Shown piece after piece: positions 36,450 through 38,946 of a stretch of 38,946 nt of DNA. Numbering within the stretch: the first letter of the stretch is position 1; every line of letters begins with the position of its first letter. The stretch lies in the sequence record SRR31156797_3141; one strand, written 5' to 3'. The notes below the pieces were generated by a model. It was not told the DNA's origin and made no database searches. It saw only the letters and a program-made list of their open reading frames with translations. The position numbers and the translations under genes were made by a program.

Positions 36450-38492
36450 ATGAATAAAATAATATTGTTTATTTCATTATTTATGATATTTTCTTGTAAG
36501 AATTCTAAAGAAAACTCTCAAGGTGAGAACTTCTCAAAAAATGTTAATCAGGTTGCTGCCACAATTGTAGATGATGGTGATAAACTACAGTTTTTCAACA
36601 ATGAACTTCAACCTTTAGATGTTGCATTTCAGCCATTTAAAGCAGGAAGCATAAAACCAAAAGGATGGATTTTAGACATGATGCAAAACGACCTTAATAA
36701 AGGCATTGTAGGTGCTTTGGCGGATTTGTATCCTGGAATTAAAGCAGACGATTTATACAACACCGCGCGCCGTGGTGGTATGGAAGATATTCCTGAAATG
36801 GGAGACTTGGTTCTTTCTGGTGAAGCATGGGAAAAATCTATCATGTGGTGGAATGCAGAAACTATTGGTAACTGGTGGGACGGATTTGTGCGTCATGCCT
36901 TTTTAACCGATAATGATAAAGCGATTCAGCAAGCACATGAAATTATTAACAATCTCTTGGCATCGCAAGATGAAGATGGTTATGTTGGTATCTACAAACC
37001 CAATTTGCGATATCAGCACGATGGTTCAAATGGAGAACTTTGGGCACAGACCACAGCGTTTAGAACCATGCTGGCCTATTATGAATTTACGCATAAACAA
37101 GAGGTTTTAAAGGCTGTTGAACGTGCAATGGTGTTAACCATGAAAAATTATGGCGAAGAAGGCAGCAATCCGTTCGATTTAAAAGATGAGTTTGGCGGTG
37201 TTACGCACGGATTAATGCTTACCGATGTTTGCGAAACATTATTTCAAATTACAGGGAATATAAAGTATCAAGCGTATGCCACCTATTTGTACAAAGCCTT
37301 TTCAACATTTTCAATCAATCGCTCGTTTAACGATTTGCGTTATCCATTTCTCAGTGAAAAAGAGGCTATGTTTCAAGGTCATGGGGTACATACATACGAG
37401 CACATCCGTTCAATGGTCAATGCCTACTACAATACAGGTTACCCCGAATTAAAAACCGCTTACCATAATATGTTAGATAAACTGGAGGTATGTATTTTAC
37501 CTAGCGGAGCAGGTCATGGCGATGAGTGGATCTTAGAATTACCCGCTGACCCTGATAAAACGGCTACCGAATACTGTACGATGTTAGAATTGCGAAACTC
37601 TTATGGAAGTCTTCTTCAGAAAACGGGTCAAATTAAATTTGCAGATGCAGCAGAAAAACTCACCTATAATGGAATGTTGGGCTTTAGAAATAAAGATGGT
37701 ACAGCCATTACTTACAGCAAGTTTGACAATTGTTATGTGTTAGACGGTCAACATCATAGCCATGGAGAAACTAAGCCGGAACCGCGCTATAAATATTCAC
37801 CAACGCACTCAGAACCTGCAGTGTGCTGCGTACCAAACTATGGTAGAAATTTAACCTATTTTTTGAATCAAATGTATATGAAGTCTGAGGGTGGAATTGC
37901 CATTACGATGTATGGTCCTTCGGAATTGACGACAGAAATCAATTCTACTCAAGTATCTATTACTCAAGAAACCAATTATCCATGGACAAATACCATCAAT
38001 TTTAAAATAAAAACAAAACAACCTGTTGCATTTACATTAAAATTGAGAAAGCCTCAATGGAGTGAATCTTTAGAATTTTCGAATATTGATGAGGTGAAAT
38101 TGGAGGGCGATTTTTATGTCATCACTAAAGAATGGCAACCGGAAGATAGTTTTTTGGTAACTTATAATAATCCTATTCAGACAAAAACGGCGGGAAATAA
38201 TGAGGCTTTTATACAAAAAGGACCATTGGTGTATGCCTTAGAAATTCCGCATGTTGAAAAAGCTATCAAGTATTATAATAAACCCAATTTCAAAGACTAT
38301 TACTGTTACCCGGAATCTGAAGCGTACAAAAATTTAATGATTATGGAGAATTCTGAGTTTACAACTTCTGATTCTGCAAACCTTCAGGGAAATTTCTATG
38401 ATACTAATAAACAAACAGCGATTGAAGCAACCCTAGTTCCTATGGGCAAAACCGTCTTAAGACGAGTAACTTTCCCAAAAAAGTTTAATTAA
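36450..38492 (+). CDS. GH127/GH146-like (beta-L-arabinofuranosidase family) glycoside hydrolase lipoprotein
   Basis: Lipobox IFSC, IKPKGW, QDEDGY, GHGVH, EYC and CC motifs (Zn/Cys site), QETNYPW, LRKPQW, GPLVYAL; TAATTTTG promoter at 36411-36418. Confidence 0.85.
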   Translation: MNKIILFISLFMIFSCKNSKENSQGENFSKNVNQVAATIVDDGDKLQFFNNELQPLDVAFQPFKAGSIKPKGWILDMMQNDLNKGIVGALADLYPGIKADDLYNTARRGGMEDIPEMGDLVLSGEAWEKSIMWWNAETIGNWWDGFVRHAFLTDNDKAIQQAHEIINNLLASQDEDGYVGIYKPNLRYQHDGSNGELWAQTTAFRTMLAYYEFTHKQEVLKAVERAMVLTMKNYGEEGSNPFDLKDEFGGVTHGLMLTDVCETLFQITGNIKYQAYATYLYKAFSTFSINRSFNDLRYPFLSEKEAMFQGHGVHTYEHIRSMVNAYYNTGYPELKTAYHNMLDKLEVCILPSGAGHGDEWILELPADPDKTATEYCTMLELRNSYGSLLQKTGQIKFADAAEKLTYNGMLGFRNKDGTAITYSKFDNCYVLDGQHHSHGETKPEPRYKYSPTHSEPAVCCVPNYGRNLTYFLNQMYMKSEGGIAITMYGPSELTTEINSTQVSITQETNYPWTNTINFKIKTKQPVAFTLKLRKPQWSESLEFSNIDEVKLEGDFYVITKEWQPEDSFLVTYNNPIQTKTAGNNEAFIQKGPLVYALEIPHVEKAIKYYNKPNFKDYYCYPESEAYKNLMIMENSEFTTSDSANLQGNFYDTNKQTAIEATLVPMGKTVLRRVTFPKKFN

Positions 38493-38697
38493 ATGAAAAA
38501 GCAACTTCTATTACTGGCATTACTCACTTTTGTTTTTAGTTGTAAAACAGAGCAAAAGAGCTAAATAGGGAGTTTAAAACAACTGAATTTTCTAATCCGC
38601 CTGATGGGCCAAAGAAGCTATTTGACATCAAATTTTTGCTGAAAGGTTCAGAAATGGAGACCCTTCCAACGACCCTGGTAAAGAAAACTTAACATAG
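38493..38697 (+). pseudogene. Remnant of a GH13 (neopullulanase/cyclomaltodextrinase-like) lipoprotein gene
   Basis: MKKQLLLLALLTFVFSCKTEQKS* then, across two frameshifts, ...FSNPP / WAKEAI*HQIFAERFRNGDPSNDP, which matches the GH13 N-terminal W.K.AIWYQIF.ERF.NGD..ND motif. Confidence 0.75.
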
Positions 38698-38932
38698 TAA
38701 TGTTGCTAAAAATGATTTGATACACATTCATCGCTACGGAGTAAAAAAATTCGGTGTGGCTCAAGCGGACAAATACTTTAATACTTTTTTTGAATATTTT
38801 GACATTATTGCCCAACGACTATATTCATTCGAGACGGTGGATTATATAAAAAAAGGTTATCGAAGATGTGTATGTGGTTCTGATAGTATTTACTATAAAG
38901 TGAACGATACGATTGTTGTAATCGGTAAATAA
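38696..38932 (+). pseudogene. parE: Truncated RelE/ParE-family toxin gene
   Basis: SNVAKNDLIHIHRYGVKKFGVAQADKY...GYRRCVCGSDSIYY. The first strand and start codon are missing, the C-terminus is shortened and there is no antitoxin upstream. Confidence 0.75.
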
Positions 38933-38946
38933 CAATGTACATTTTT

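Noticed and set aside
38623-38625. In-frame TGA as recoding (Sec or Trp)
   Set aside because: The surrounding gene also has two frameshifts and is truncated, and TGA is used as a normal stop elsewhere in the window. This is ordinary pseudogene decay.

Overview
This is a chromosomal window from a Bacteroidota genome, probably Bacteroidales-like: it has TAnnTTTG housekeeping promoters, a T9SS C-terminal domain and a gingipain-family protease. From left to right it carries: two hypothetical genes; mgtE; a minus-strand cytochrome b + Rieske + octaheme cytochrome c/HEAT/TPR cluster; kefG/kefB-like K+ efflux genes; divergent tdh and kbl; a GRAM/PH-like protein; tRNA-Gln(TTG); a C25 peptidase; a GT4 + nucleotidyltransferase + atypical SDR operon; a decayed array of REP-like hairpins; a wHTH-creD-DUF1361 cluster with two copies of a palindromic operator; a cytochrome P460 lipoprotein downstream of an ECF sigma/zf-HC2 anti-sigma pair; a HAL-family ammonia-lyase; two HD proteins; membrane and lipoproteins; a large T9SS-secreted polysaccharide deacetylase with three CBM-in-Ig repeats; and a YhdH-family oxidoreductase. 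From about 35.3 kb the sequence is visibly AT-richer. That segment begins at an attC-like site and holds AraC, a GH127-like hydrolase and fused remnants of a GH13 gene and a ParE toxin. The best candidates for an undescribed system are (1) the non-canonical Rieske/cytochrome b module, with SPWY in place of PEWY, reversed gene order, no c1 and an octaheme-TPR partner whose signal anchor starts at ATC, and (2) the decayed integron-like cassette region at the right end. All family calls come from motifs recognised by eye; no database searches were run.
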